From Tubiluchus corallicola (lineage: Eukaryota > Animalia > Priapulida): a stretch of 64,000 bases of DNA. This document shows, in pieces, positions 50,286 through 60,856 of this stretch; position 1 is the first letter of the stretch, and the number at the start of each line of letters is the position of its first letter. The translations under genes and the position numbers were made by a program. The notes under the pieces are model-generated. The model had not been told where the DNA came from, did not search any database, and worked only from the letters and a program-made list of their open reading frames with translations. The DNA lies in NCBI GenBank assembly GCA_030141605.1, contig JAQGDQ010000758.1, positions 1 to 64,000 of the forward strand. Direction: 5' to 3'.

Positions 50286-52665
50286 GTAGGAAACTTAGAC
50301 GCGTTTCTGTGTTTACACAAAATCACTGCGTCCTCAGCCATCTAAAGGTGTAAAAGTGAGACGCGTTTGTGCGTTTACACAAAATCACTGTGTCCTCAGC
50401 CATCTAAAGGTGTAAAAGTGAGACGTGTTTGTGCGTTTACACAAAATCACTGCATGCTCAGCCATCTAAAGGTGTAAAGGTGAGACGTGTTTGTGCGTTT
50501 ACACAAAATCACTGCGTCCTCAGCCATCTAAAGGTGTAAAAGTGAGACGCGTTTGTGCGTTTACACAAAATCACTGCATGCTCAGCCATCTAAAGGTGTA
50601 AAGGTGAGACGTGTTTGTGCGTTTACACAAAATCACTGGTTGTTAAAGGTGTAAAAGTGAGACGCGTTTGTGCGTTTACACAAAATCACTGTGTCCTCAG
50701 CCATCTAAAGGTGTAAAAGTGAGACGTGTTTGTGCGTTTACACAAAATCACTGCATGCTCAGCCATCTAAAGGTGTAAAGGTGAGACGTGTTTGTGCGTT
50801 TACACAAAATCACTGCATGCTCAGCCATCTAAAGGTGTAAAAGTGAGACGTGTTTGTGCGTTTACACAAAATCACTGCATGCTCAGCCATCTAAAGGTGT
50901 AAAGGTGAGACGTGTTTGTGCGTTTACACAAAATCACTGTGTCCTCAGCCATCTAAAGGTGTAAAAGTGAGACGTGTTTCTGTGTTTACACAAAATCACT
51001 GCATGCTCAGCCATCTAAAGGTGTAAAGGTGAGACGTGTTTGTGCGTTTACACAAAATCACTGCATGCTCAGCCATCTAAAGGTGTAAAAGTGAGACGCG
51101 TTTCTGTGTTTACACAAAATCACTGCATGCTCAGCCATCTAAAGGTGTAAAAGTGAGACGCGTTTCTGTGCTTACACAAAATCACTGCGTCCTCAGCCAT
51201 CTAAAGGTGTAAAAGTTTGACGTGTTTCTGTGTTTACACAAAATCACTGCATGCTCAGCCATCTAAAGGTGTAAAGGTGAGACGTGTTTCTGTGTTTACA
51301 CAAAATCACTGTGTCCTCAGCCATCTAAAGGTGTAAAAGTGAGACGCGTTTCTGCGTTACACAAAATCACTGCGTACTCAGCCATCTAAAGGTGTAAAAG
51401 TGAGATGTGTTTCTGTGCTTACACAAAATCACTGCGTCCTCAGCCATCTAAAGGTGTAAAAGTGAGACGTGTTTCTGTGCTTACACAAAATCACTGCGTC
51501 CTCAGCCATCTAAAGGTGTAAAAGTGAGACGCGTTTCTGCAGTTACACAAAATCACTGCGTACTCAGCCATCTAAAGGTGTAAAAGTGAGATGTGTTTCT
51601 GTGCTTACACAAAATCACTGCGTCCTCAGCCATCTAAAGGTGTAAAAGTGAGACGCGTTTCTGTGTTTACACAAAATCACTGCATGCTCAGCCATCTAAA
51701 GGTGTAAAGGTGAGACGTGTTTCTGTGTTTACACAAAATCACTGTGTCCTCAGCCATCTAAAGGTGTAAAAGTGAGACGTGTTTCTGTGTTTACACAAAA
51801 TCACTGTGTCCTCAGCCATCTAAAGGTGTAAAAGTGAGACGCGTTTCTGCAGTTACACAAAATCACTGCGTACTCAGCCATCTAAAGGTGTAAAAGTGAG
51901 ACGCGTTTCTGTGCTTACACAAAATCACTGCGTACTCAGCCATCTAAAGGTGTAAAAGTTTGACACGTTTCTGCAGTTACACAAAATCACTGCGTCCTCA
52001 GCCATCTAAAGGTGTAAAAGTTTGACACGTTTCTGCAGTTACACAAAATCACTGCGTACTCAGCCATCTAAAGGTGTAAAAGTTTGACACGTTTCTGCAG
52101 TTACACAAAATCACTGCGTACTCAGCCATCTAAAGGTGTAAAAGTTTGACACGTTTCTGTGCTTACACAAAATCACTGCGTACTCAGCCATCTAAAGGTG
52201 TAAAAGTGAGACACGTTTCTGCAGTTACACAAAATCACTGCGTCCTCAGCCATCTAAAGGTGTAAAAGTTTGACACGTTTCTGCAGTTACACAAAATCAC
52301 TGCGTACTCAGCCATCTAAAGGTGTAAAAGTTTGACACGTTTCTGCAGTTACACAAAATCACTGCGTCCTCAGCCATCTAAAGGTGTAAAAGTTTGACAC
52401 GTTTCTGCAGTTACACAAAATCACTGCGTCCTCAGCCATCTAAAGGTGTAAAAGTTTGACACGTTTCTGCTTTTACACAAAATCACTGCGTACTCAGCCA
52501 TCTAAAGGTGTAAAAGTTTGACACGTTTCTGCAGTTACACAAAATCAATGCATCCTCAGCCATCTAAAGGTGTAAAAGTGAGATGCGTTTCTGTGTTTAC
52601 ACAAAATCACTGCATCCTTAGCCATCTAAAGGTGTAAAAGTGAGATGCCTTTCTGCTTTTACGCA
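50257..52665. repeat. 62-bp minisatellite, about 38 copies, derived from the exon 16/intron 16 junction
   Basis: agccatctaaagg at 50336, 50398, 50460...; the first copy is the exon end ggccatctaaag|gtagga. Confidence 0.95.
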
Positions 52666-52680
52666 AAACGTTCCTCAAAG

Positions 52681-52890
52681 TAGCCATGCATCTACAATAC
52701 GTGTGAATACAGGTCCTCCAGATTTTTTCTTACATTCCATAAAGAAGCCATGCACCTACTGTGCAGGTGAATACAGGTCCTCCAGATTTTTTGCTACATT
52801 CTAGGAATAAGCCAAGCATCTACAGTGCAGGTGAATACAGGTCTTCCAGATTTTTTCTTACATTACAGGAAGAAGCCATGCACCTACAAC
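52681..52890. repeat. 64-bp repeat, about 3.3 copies, spanning the exon 17 acceptor
   Basis: gaatacaggtc at 52705, 52769 and 52833; each is followed by a polypyrimidine tract and an aagcca(t/a)gca copy of the exon start. Confidence 0.9.
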
Positions 52891-53030
52891 GCACGATTAT
52901 GGACGAATCGAATCGTGTATGCAACGGACTAATTCCACCAGCTTGCTGGGACCTGGACGAAGCCGACAGGGCGGGTTGGCACGAACAGTATGTAAAAACC
53001 ATGCAGAAGTGCTACACTTTGGGATTCGAG
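52869..53030 (+). CDS. MAP3K4: MAP3K4 exon 17
   Basis: ...MQKCYTLGFE (vertebrate QGYNFGFE); ttacag| ... |gtaaaa. Confidence 0.95.
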
Positions 53031-54465
53031 GTAAAAATGGGTTTCGGCGTAATTTATTTACGGGGCATTTTGTGATTGGTTATGTGACTGTTTACAGTGC
53101 ACCCCAAAGACAAAGCAAGACAAGATTTATTTACAGTCCCTCATTTAACAGACAACGTTCACACTAATGGCTGTTTAGCGACTTTCATTTACAACAAGAC
53201 AGGTAAGGACTCACGGGGGTGTAGTAACCATTAAGCTAACTATGCTATAGCCTAAGGCGATGAAGTTTGAGAGCGTCACTTTTTAGAAAAAATTCTTATT
53301 CTGCTCAGAAAATGTGTATACTTTCATGTTCATGTAAAGGACGCATTTTATAGCACACCACAGGCAGTTATATCTGTTTCTGTGTCCCTCACACGTGACA
53401 AAAGATTATGTGCCGTCCTGTACTTAAGAATGCGGGGCAGTCACATGATAAATCTACAGTATGGTTATGCCGTTATTCTACCTGAACTGTACCCATCACA
53501 TTTCTGTTTGTTAAATCTTGTAGCAGCTTAGCAAATTAAACTAAAAAGATTCCATATTGATAATAAGGAAAGCGTAGTCAGGTTCTAAAGTTAGGGGAAG
53601 CAAGCACGCAAAAAAGGTGCCGTAACACGTGAAGCAATTATATGTTTTTGTGTATGCCGCTACAGACAGTGATGTAGCTTGTTGTTGTGTTTATGTGCAA
53701 ATTTTTTTTTGGGGGGGGGGTGGCGTTTGGCTTCTTATATTAATTAGATTTGGGACAATTTGATCCTTGGTTCGATCGGTCAACCTTGACAAATGAGTCG
53801 TGTATATGCACGCTAATTTTAAAAACACGGGAGGGAGGGAGGACGCATAAAGTAACGAGGCAGGTTGTTGAAAAGGTACCAATTTTTTAGAAAAATGGGC
53901 TTGGGGTGTGGTTGTTTTCATTTTCATTGTTATTCACGTAATAGAAAACTTTGGCATTAACATTGTTTGGCAACAATGCATACTTAATTTTAATTAAAAT
54001 TTGGATTTCCTGGCTACTGGTCTTTTCACTGTTTCATTGTGCGCATGCGCAGTTGCTGTAGGTCAAATGTTAAGTATACTACAGCAACGCGTCTTAACTA
54101 AGACCGTCACGCGACGTGTGGGTAAAGCAAATTCGCCTGCCGCAGATGTTCAGTAACTTCAGTTGTTTCACCTGGACTTTACTTAATTTTGCCTTAGTCT
54201 GTGCATAGAGTGATTTGCTAGTGGGATCTTGCTTAAGAATGACAAAAATGAGCTAGGTAAGGCTCTAGCTAGCTGTTAAAGCGTATATGCATGCTAATTT
54301 TAAAAACATGGGAGGGAGGGAGGACGCATAAAGTAATGAGGCAGGTTGTTGAAAAGGTGCCAATCTCAAAAAAATGCTCCCTGCTCCCCTATTAGCTATG
54401 CCACTGGTGATAATTTGGTGGTTCTCATCATTAAATTCAATTCTGTCCCCGTTTGTTGCTTGTAG

Positions 54466-54687
54466 TATAACAAAGAACTGATCAAATTGATTACGTTACC
54501 GTTGGATCAGTTGAAGGATCTCGCCGAAGCTCTCGTTGACTTCGCCAAAACCTGGATGCAATTCGTCCTGGAGCACTGCGAAATCGGCCACGGGACGCGT
54601 CCGTGTTGGGCCTATCAGGGCTTGAATTTTCTCATCATAGCCTCGGAGCCGTGCAATACTTATCACCTGACAAATCCTCAATTTGAT
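54466..54687 (+). CDS. MAP3K4: MAP3K4 exon 18
   Basis: YNKELIKL...FAKTWMQFVLEHCEIGHGTRPCWAYQGLNFL (vertebrate FARKWMNYVLTKCESGRGTRPRWATQGFDFL). Confidence 0.97.
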
Positions 54688-54959
54688 GTGAGTTTATTTT
54701 TCTGCTTTGTTCACTTTTATATATGTTCAAATATATATATATAAGTATATAAGTATAATATATATATATTTGTTCATTTTTATATCACATACATGCTGTC
54801 TTACTGCGCACAGGACTTGTGTTAGCAGTAACGTTGTATAAAACTTAAAAATTTAAACTGCGCGATGACCGTTAGGTGGCTGCCATTTTGTCGTTAGGTC
54901 GTTTGAAACAAGTTTAAATAACTTTTAAACTGCCGTTTTTTTTTCGGGGGACAAAATGT

Positions 54960-55502
54960 CATTGTGATGGTTCAATCCATTACGAAGCCATTGCACTACA
55001 TTGTGATGGTTCAATCCATTACGAAGCCATTGCACTACATTGTGATGGTTCAATCCATTACGAAGCCATTGCACTACATTGTGATGGTTCAATCCATTAC
55101 GAAGCCATTGCACTACATTGTGATGGTTCAATCCATTACGAAGTCATTGCACTACATTGTGATGGTTCAATCCATTACGAAGCCATTGCACTACATTGTG
55201 ATGGTTCAATCCATTACGAAGTCATTGCACTACATTGTGATGGTTCAATCCATTACGAAGCCATTGCACCACATTGTGATGGTTCAATCCATTACGAAGC
55301 CATTGCACCACATTGTGATGGTTCAATCCATTACGAAGCCATTGCACTACATTGTGATGGTTCAATCCATTACGAAGCCATTGCACTACATTGTGATGGT
55401 TCAATCCATTGCGAAGCCATTGCACTACATTGTGATGGTTCAATCTATTGCGAAGCCATTGCACTACATTGTGATGGTTCAATCCATTGCGAAGTCATTG
55501 CA
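54960..55502. repeat. 39-bp minisatellite, 14 copies
   Basis: cattgtgatggttcaatccattacgaagccattgcacta. Confidence 0.97.
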
Positions 55503-56659
55503 TATCAGCTGTAAGTAGCAGGTATGCAATGGCCTCATTAGTTCAGTAAACAGGCAGACAGGCGCGTGTACCATTTAAGCACCTGTTCCATAATTATAAT
55601 CAGCATGGTTAAAGCAGGAAAAGGTTCTGTGTAATTCTTACTTTGAATTTCTGTTTAACTTTTTAAATTTTTGAGTTGTTTTTTTTTAACTATAACTACA
55701 ACATGGTTTAAATGATCCAGATTTGGAATCCTGACCTCGTGGCAGCTTTTGCAACTGTATAAATGACTTTGTCTTATTGGTAGGATAAATAATGTGTTTC
55801 TTTCTGTATCTGTGATAATGGGCACTGCCAGAGGACGCACAAGCAGCTGGGGGGGTCTGGGGGGAGGGTGCACCAACGCATTTTCCTATATTTAAGCACA
55901 TTTTGGAGCCGTCAAGTGAGATTTAAATTCTGGTACATAGACTTCTCAAATGTGAAAAAATCTGCTTTAATAAATATATTTTACCTACATTCAGCTGGGT
56001 AATATTCATTATATTCTATTGTAGTAGTCATATCTCTTAACAGCAAGTTTGTAATGCATTGCAATGCGGATGACCCATTACTTAAGCTTAATTTATTTAG
56101 TATCAAGATTATTTATCCAGCAAACGGTGAATAGTCAAACATAAAACTGATCTGAGACTGTTAAGTTTACAGCCCACCCACTATTCATACAAAATTTAAT
56201 AAGTTTTAGTGCGTGGTAATTTTTCCACTGGACACAGCTAAATGCAATTTTCTTGCATTATAGACCATTTTGTGGTTGCTAGAAACTATTTCCTCAGGCA
56301 AGTTTACCTCAAACTCGTGACTCAATTTCACTACCACCGTGAAAGGGGATCCCAGGCCCCTTGGGCCCACCCCCTAAATGCATAATTGCAGTTACAGTTA
56401 GCTAGAAAGTGTCTATGCAACAGAAATCGGTAAGAGAATCGACACCATGTAAGCGACATACATAAACAGAACTTCACTATGCAAATCAGCTGAGTGCTTG
56501 GGGATTGCGCAAACAAACAACGGGTTGACGTGTGTCTTGGTTTACAGCTAAAAAAATTTTCTTGAGGAATTCTGTGGACGCACGTGCGTCAGTGCGTCCT
56601 CCTGCCTGTGATGCACATGGGGAGGTGAGTCGGCTGTTGGTCAGTAACAGCTAGTCAGG

Positions 56660-57536
56660 CAGTGAGTCCTCGCTTAACGACGCTAATCATTTCACACCTT
56701 GTTTCACTCAATGATACATGTTTAACTTAAATTATGATTTTTTTACTTTGGTCAGATCAATTTTTTTATTTTATCAACATCATTTTTACCTAATTCGACG
56801 CATTAAAACAGTACGTGTTACGTTATTCTTTTCTAAAAATGTGCTAAAAAAAATTTCTACTAACCTGCGAGCAACCTGTTGCTATAGCAACCACACTACT
56901 ATCCAGATAAAATTCCCAAGGTCATCCAGGGCTTGGTTTTGACTCCTCAATCTTAAACACTAACGAAAGAGAGTCTGCTATAGCTGGGTAATGGAAAGTA
57001 AGATGTATATAGGTGGTTTTAAGCGTGCAACCTGTTGCTATAGCAACCACACTACTTATCCAGATAAAATTCCCAAGGTCATCCAGGGCTTGGCTTTCAC
57101 TGCTCAATGTTTTTGTTTGACCCCTTAAACACTAAAGAAAGAGAATCTGTTATAGCTGGGTAATGGTAAGTAAGATATATGTAGGTGGTTTTAAGCAGAA
57201 AGAAATTAATCGGTAGAAATATGAGTGAAACTTCTAAAATGTTTAAGTTACGTGATTTGAACAGTATTGATTTTTGCCTCTGGAACGTATCTCCGTTCTC
57301 CTCTCTATCTGTTAGCGTCTTGGCTTCGTTTAACGATGTTTCATTTAACATCACATTTTGCTGGAATACATTAACGTCGTTAAACAAGGACTGCATTAAC
57401 GTCGTTAAACAAGGACTGCATTAACGTCGTTAAACAAGGACTGCATTAACGTCGTTAAAGAAGGACTGCATTAACGTCGTTAAAGAAGGACTGCATTAAC
57501 GTCGTTAAACAAGGACTGCATTAACGTCGTTAAACA
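56660..57536 (-). mobile_element. Tigger-like MITE with an internal duplication of about 155 bp and its terminus amplified as about 6.5 copies of 25 bp
   Basis: cagtgagtcctcgcttaacgacgctaat at the left; 57300-57393 is the reverse complement of the start of the 58780 element; cattaacgtcgttaaacaaggactg repeated over 57369-57536. Confidence 0.7.
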
Positions 57537-57635
57537 ACTAGCGAGTAGCGAGTGCAAACGTACGAAGGCAAACAATAAATCAATAATTTCCGTTCATTTT
57601 TCTTATTTTTCATTTTGTTTGTTTAACTTTTCCAG

Positions 57636-57850
57636 GACTTCACCAAACTGATAAGCCGTTGCATCACTCACATCATCGGCGAGCCCACGGAGCGGTGCAG
57701 CGGCGCGACTCCGCCCTTGACTACCAACGAACACGGCGCCCCCAGCATCCCGAGATGCTTTTCTGCACACGGTTCAACTTCGTCCCATCCGGCTGCTCAC
57801 AGGTCGCTGTCCGCAGTGAGCGATAGCGTCGTCTCTTACAACACCGACTA
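57636..57850 (+). CDS. MAP3K4: MAP3K4 exon 19
   Basis: DFTKLISRCITHIIGEP (vertebrate LMNECIGHVIGKP); ttccag| ... TA|gtaagt; missed by the ORF track. Confidence 0.93.
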
Positions 57851-57893
57851 GTAAGTTACTTTTCCAAATCCGTGAATTATGTAATAATAATAA

Positions 57894-57937
57894 TCTCTCT
57901 CTCTCTCTCTCTGTCTCTGTCTCTGTCTCTGTCTCTG

Positions 57938-58006
<69 letters not shown>

Positions 58007-58146
58007 TACACCCCCTCTCTCTTCTCTCTCTCTTTCCCTTACCTTTTCTCTTTTTCTCTCACTCTTTCTCTCTCTCCCTCTCTCCCCATTCCTCCTCTCC
58101 TCTTTCTTTCTCTCTCTCTCTCTCGCTCTCTCTCTTTCCCCTTCCT

Positions 58147-58206
<60 letters not shown>

Positions 58207-58263
58207 CCTCTCCCTCTCCCTCTCCCTCTTCCTCTCCCTCTCCCTCTCCCTCTCTCTCTCTCT

Positions 58264-58306
<43 letters not shown>
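57894..58306. repeat. (CT)n polypyrimidine tract
   Basis: Seen directly. Confidence 0.97.
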
Positions 58307-58309
<3 letters not shown>

Positions 58310-58494
58310 ATATATTTCTTGTTATAGATGACTGCTTGTGTTAGAGTATTTTCAGCTGTAGTAATTTTGGTCCTGTTAACCCTTTAACTTTTCTCTAGTA
58401 TTGATAGCTAATTATAACTAAGTATACATCTTGTTGTGTGCACTTTGTTGCATCTGAATAATATAATACTGCGTGCTTTGTTTCTTGATTATAG

Positions 58495-58660
58495 TTTCAG
58501 CGACCAAGTGAAATCGCTGTCGACTACCAGCACTCCTAGCATCAACGAGAAAGACGAAACTGACGACGAGGGAATCGAACCGGAGGTGAACGTACTCATG
58601 GAGTATCACGGAGAGGGCGTACGCAGGGTGGAGTCAGAACGACAGGCCAAGTTAGAGGAG
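58495..58660 (+). CDS. MAP3K4: MAP3K4 exon 20 (alternative in-frame start at 58501)
   Basis: atag|tttcag|c, both phase 2; ends VRRVESERQAKLEE|gtatcg. Confidence 0.85.
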
Positions 58661-58779
58661 GTATCGTTGTTGCTTATCTGGTAACGAACATCGGAGTGGA
58701 TTATCTAATGTTTCTATGAATTTCTAAATGCCCTTGAGCAGTAATTAGTCGAAATAGGTTGTTTATAAGGAGTTAAATA

Positions 58780-59114
58780 CAGTAAGTCCTCGCATAACGA
58801 CGCTAATGCGTTCCAACAAAATGCGACGTTAAGCGAAACGTCGTTAAACGAAGCCAAGACTTGCATAGAAAGTAATGTAAAAGAATCGCGATATGTTGCA
58901 GAGTCAAAAATCAATACTGCTTAAATCATATTAAAGTTAAAGATTTATGTGTTTTACTCATGTTTCTGCTGTTTAATGTCTTCCTGTTTGCCTGAAACCA
59001 CCTTGAGCAAAACAAAAAAAATCGTCATTAAAGCGAAATGTGCGTCGTTAAGTGAAAAAGGTGTGAAATGTTCAGTGTCATTAAAGCGAAACGTCATTAC
59101 GCGAGGTCTTGCTG
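58780..59114 (+). mobile_element. Tigger-like MITE, 335 bp
   Basis: ta|cagtaagtcctcgc ... gcgaggtcttgctg|ta. Confidence 0.85.
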
Positions 59115-59574
59115 TATGTGCCATTTTGTTCAGAAAAGTTGTAGCATTTAAAAGCTATTCAAAATGCCATCCTAAGAAAACAAATGCTAGGAAAGGCTGC
59201 AGACTTCGCATTTTATTATAGGTACAGTAATTAAGTAGTAAAATCAGATGACAGAGTTTATCTAATCACTGAAAAAAAGCTGGCATGGCAAAAAGATTTC
59301 CTGCGTTGCAAGAATATACGACTATACTCAGTCTCGGTTTGCTAGACCTCGCTTTTACGAATGTCGGAAGAACGGGACAAAATCTGGACCGTTAAAAATC
59401 CCGCATGCTGCGGGCAAAACCATCGTTTTGCGAGCTGACCGCTAGTTGGCGGGATGTCACTTTGTTTACATCAGTGTAACCTAGCAGCGTGTAAGACGAC
59501 ATTGCGCAAAAGCAAAGTAAGACGACATAAAGATAGTAAAAGCTCGATTATGCGGAGTTATTCGACTCAATTGC

Positions 59575-59981
59575 TAGGGGTGAGCATTCTCTAACAGAAA
59601 GCGAATTTGAATCGAACCGAATTTGTGACTTTCGAATTCGAATTAAACTGAACTTCAGTGTTTCGAATTCGAACCGAATTCGAATTGAGATTGAACGATT
59701 TTCCAACAAGTTTTTGAACCACCAACAAAAATTAGTCTTACAAAGATCATGTATATCACTAGATTTTGTTCTGCAATAAAACAACTAGTAATTTGCTTAA
59801 CGTTGTGCGCAGAAATAACAACTAAATTATGCTAATTGTATGATGTTTCAATCGTTTTAATGATCAGGAACATATGTGATTGAAGTGCTGAATTATTCGA
59901 ATGTATAATTTTGGATTCGAATCGAGTTCGCACTAAAAAAACTCGTTCGAATCGAATTCGAGCATTCGATGCTCACCCCTA
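59575..59981 (+). mobile_element. hAT-type MITE, copy 2 of the 9739 family
   Basis: Perfect TIR TAGGGGTGAGCAT; 8-bp TSD TCAATTGC. Confidence 0.93.
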
Positions 59982-60627
59982 TCAATTGCTGGCCCGTACT
60001 AGACGTTTTTGAGACAATTACGCGATTGATTCTACATTACCATGTGACTGATACACTGCGCCTACTGTATTAGCTTGGTATCGTTAAATACAGACAATCG
60101 GCAAATTCGGACCGACGTCTCCCCACTCTTGTTCTGGAAACCGAGATGTGAGTGTATATGTCTATCAAGGATAACTCCCTAAAATGAAACGCTGAGCCAT
60201 ACCTGCATGTACAGCCTAAAACTTTCCTCAACAAGACAAAATCCCAGGAGCAGCATCTTCCTGGGCACCTATTAATTTGATGACCAGGTTCAGTGCTGTT
60301 TAAGCTTTCGTAGCATACAGTATAATGATGCAGGTGCAAGTCTTCTCGCCCCAAGTGTAAACCATGATCTAGGCCGTGCTGCAAACTTTTAATTTGTTTC
60401 GCGTGGGTTCGAATCCAAATCGAAGCTTTTTTTTCTGCAATTGTCTGTCTACGATAAATTATGTTACTAAATACTACTGCAAAAATACGATGCAACTTAG
60501 CTCTTCTTTAATCAATAAATTTTCAGAACGTAAATTAATACAACGTACAAAAGCATTAGGTGCTAAAAATGGCTGTTTCTTTTTTCCGATTTTCTTCGCT
60601 TTTCTTCTATTAATTTCTCTTGTTCAG

Positions 60628-60727
60628 GCAAAACTGATTGGCCGAGTCAGCGACACTGCACCCGAGATCATGAAGACCATAAAAAGAAAGACGGTCACAT
60701 TCCGTTGGCAAAGAGGAAATCAAATTG
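60628..60727 (+). CDS. MAP3K4: MAP3K4 exon 21, start of the kinase domain; the gene continues beyond the window
   Basis: AKLIGRVSD...KTVTFRWQRGNQI G| (vertebrate IIGQVCD...RKVTFKWQRGNKIG). Confidence 0.96.
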
Positions 60728-60856
60728 GTAACTATGATTTTCATAGATGAGTATTTGGGAAAGTTTAGTGCGTAAAGTGAAAGAATTCGGTTCTTTCTTA
60801 CGTAGTTGGTATGAGAAATTGCTTCTTGCCTAGTGTCTGTTTTCATTCATTCTTTA

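Noticed and set aside
54964-55518. 184-aa repeat protein (MVQSITKPLHYIV)n; likewise the ORFs at 14585-15148, 20307-21382 and 44653-45693
   Set aside because: Translations of intronic minisatellites
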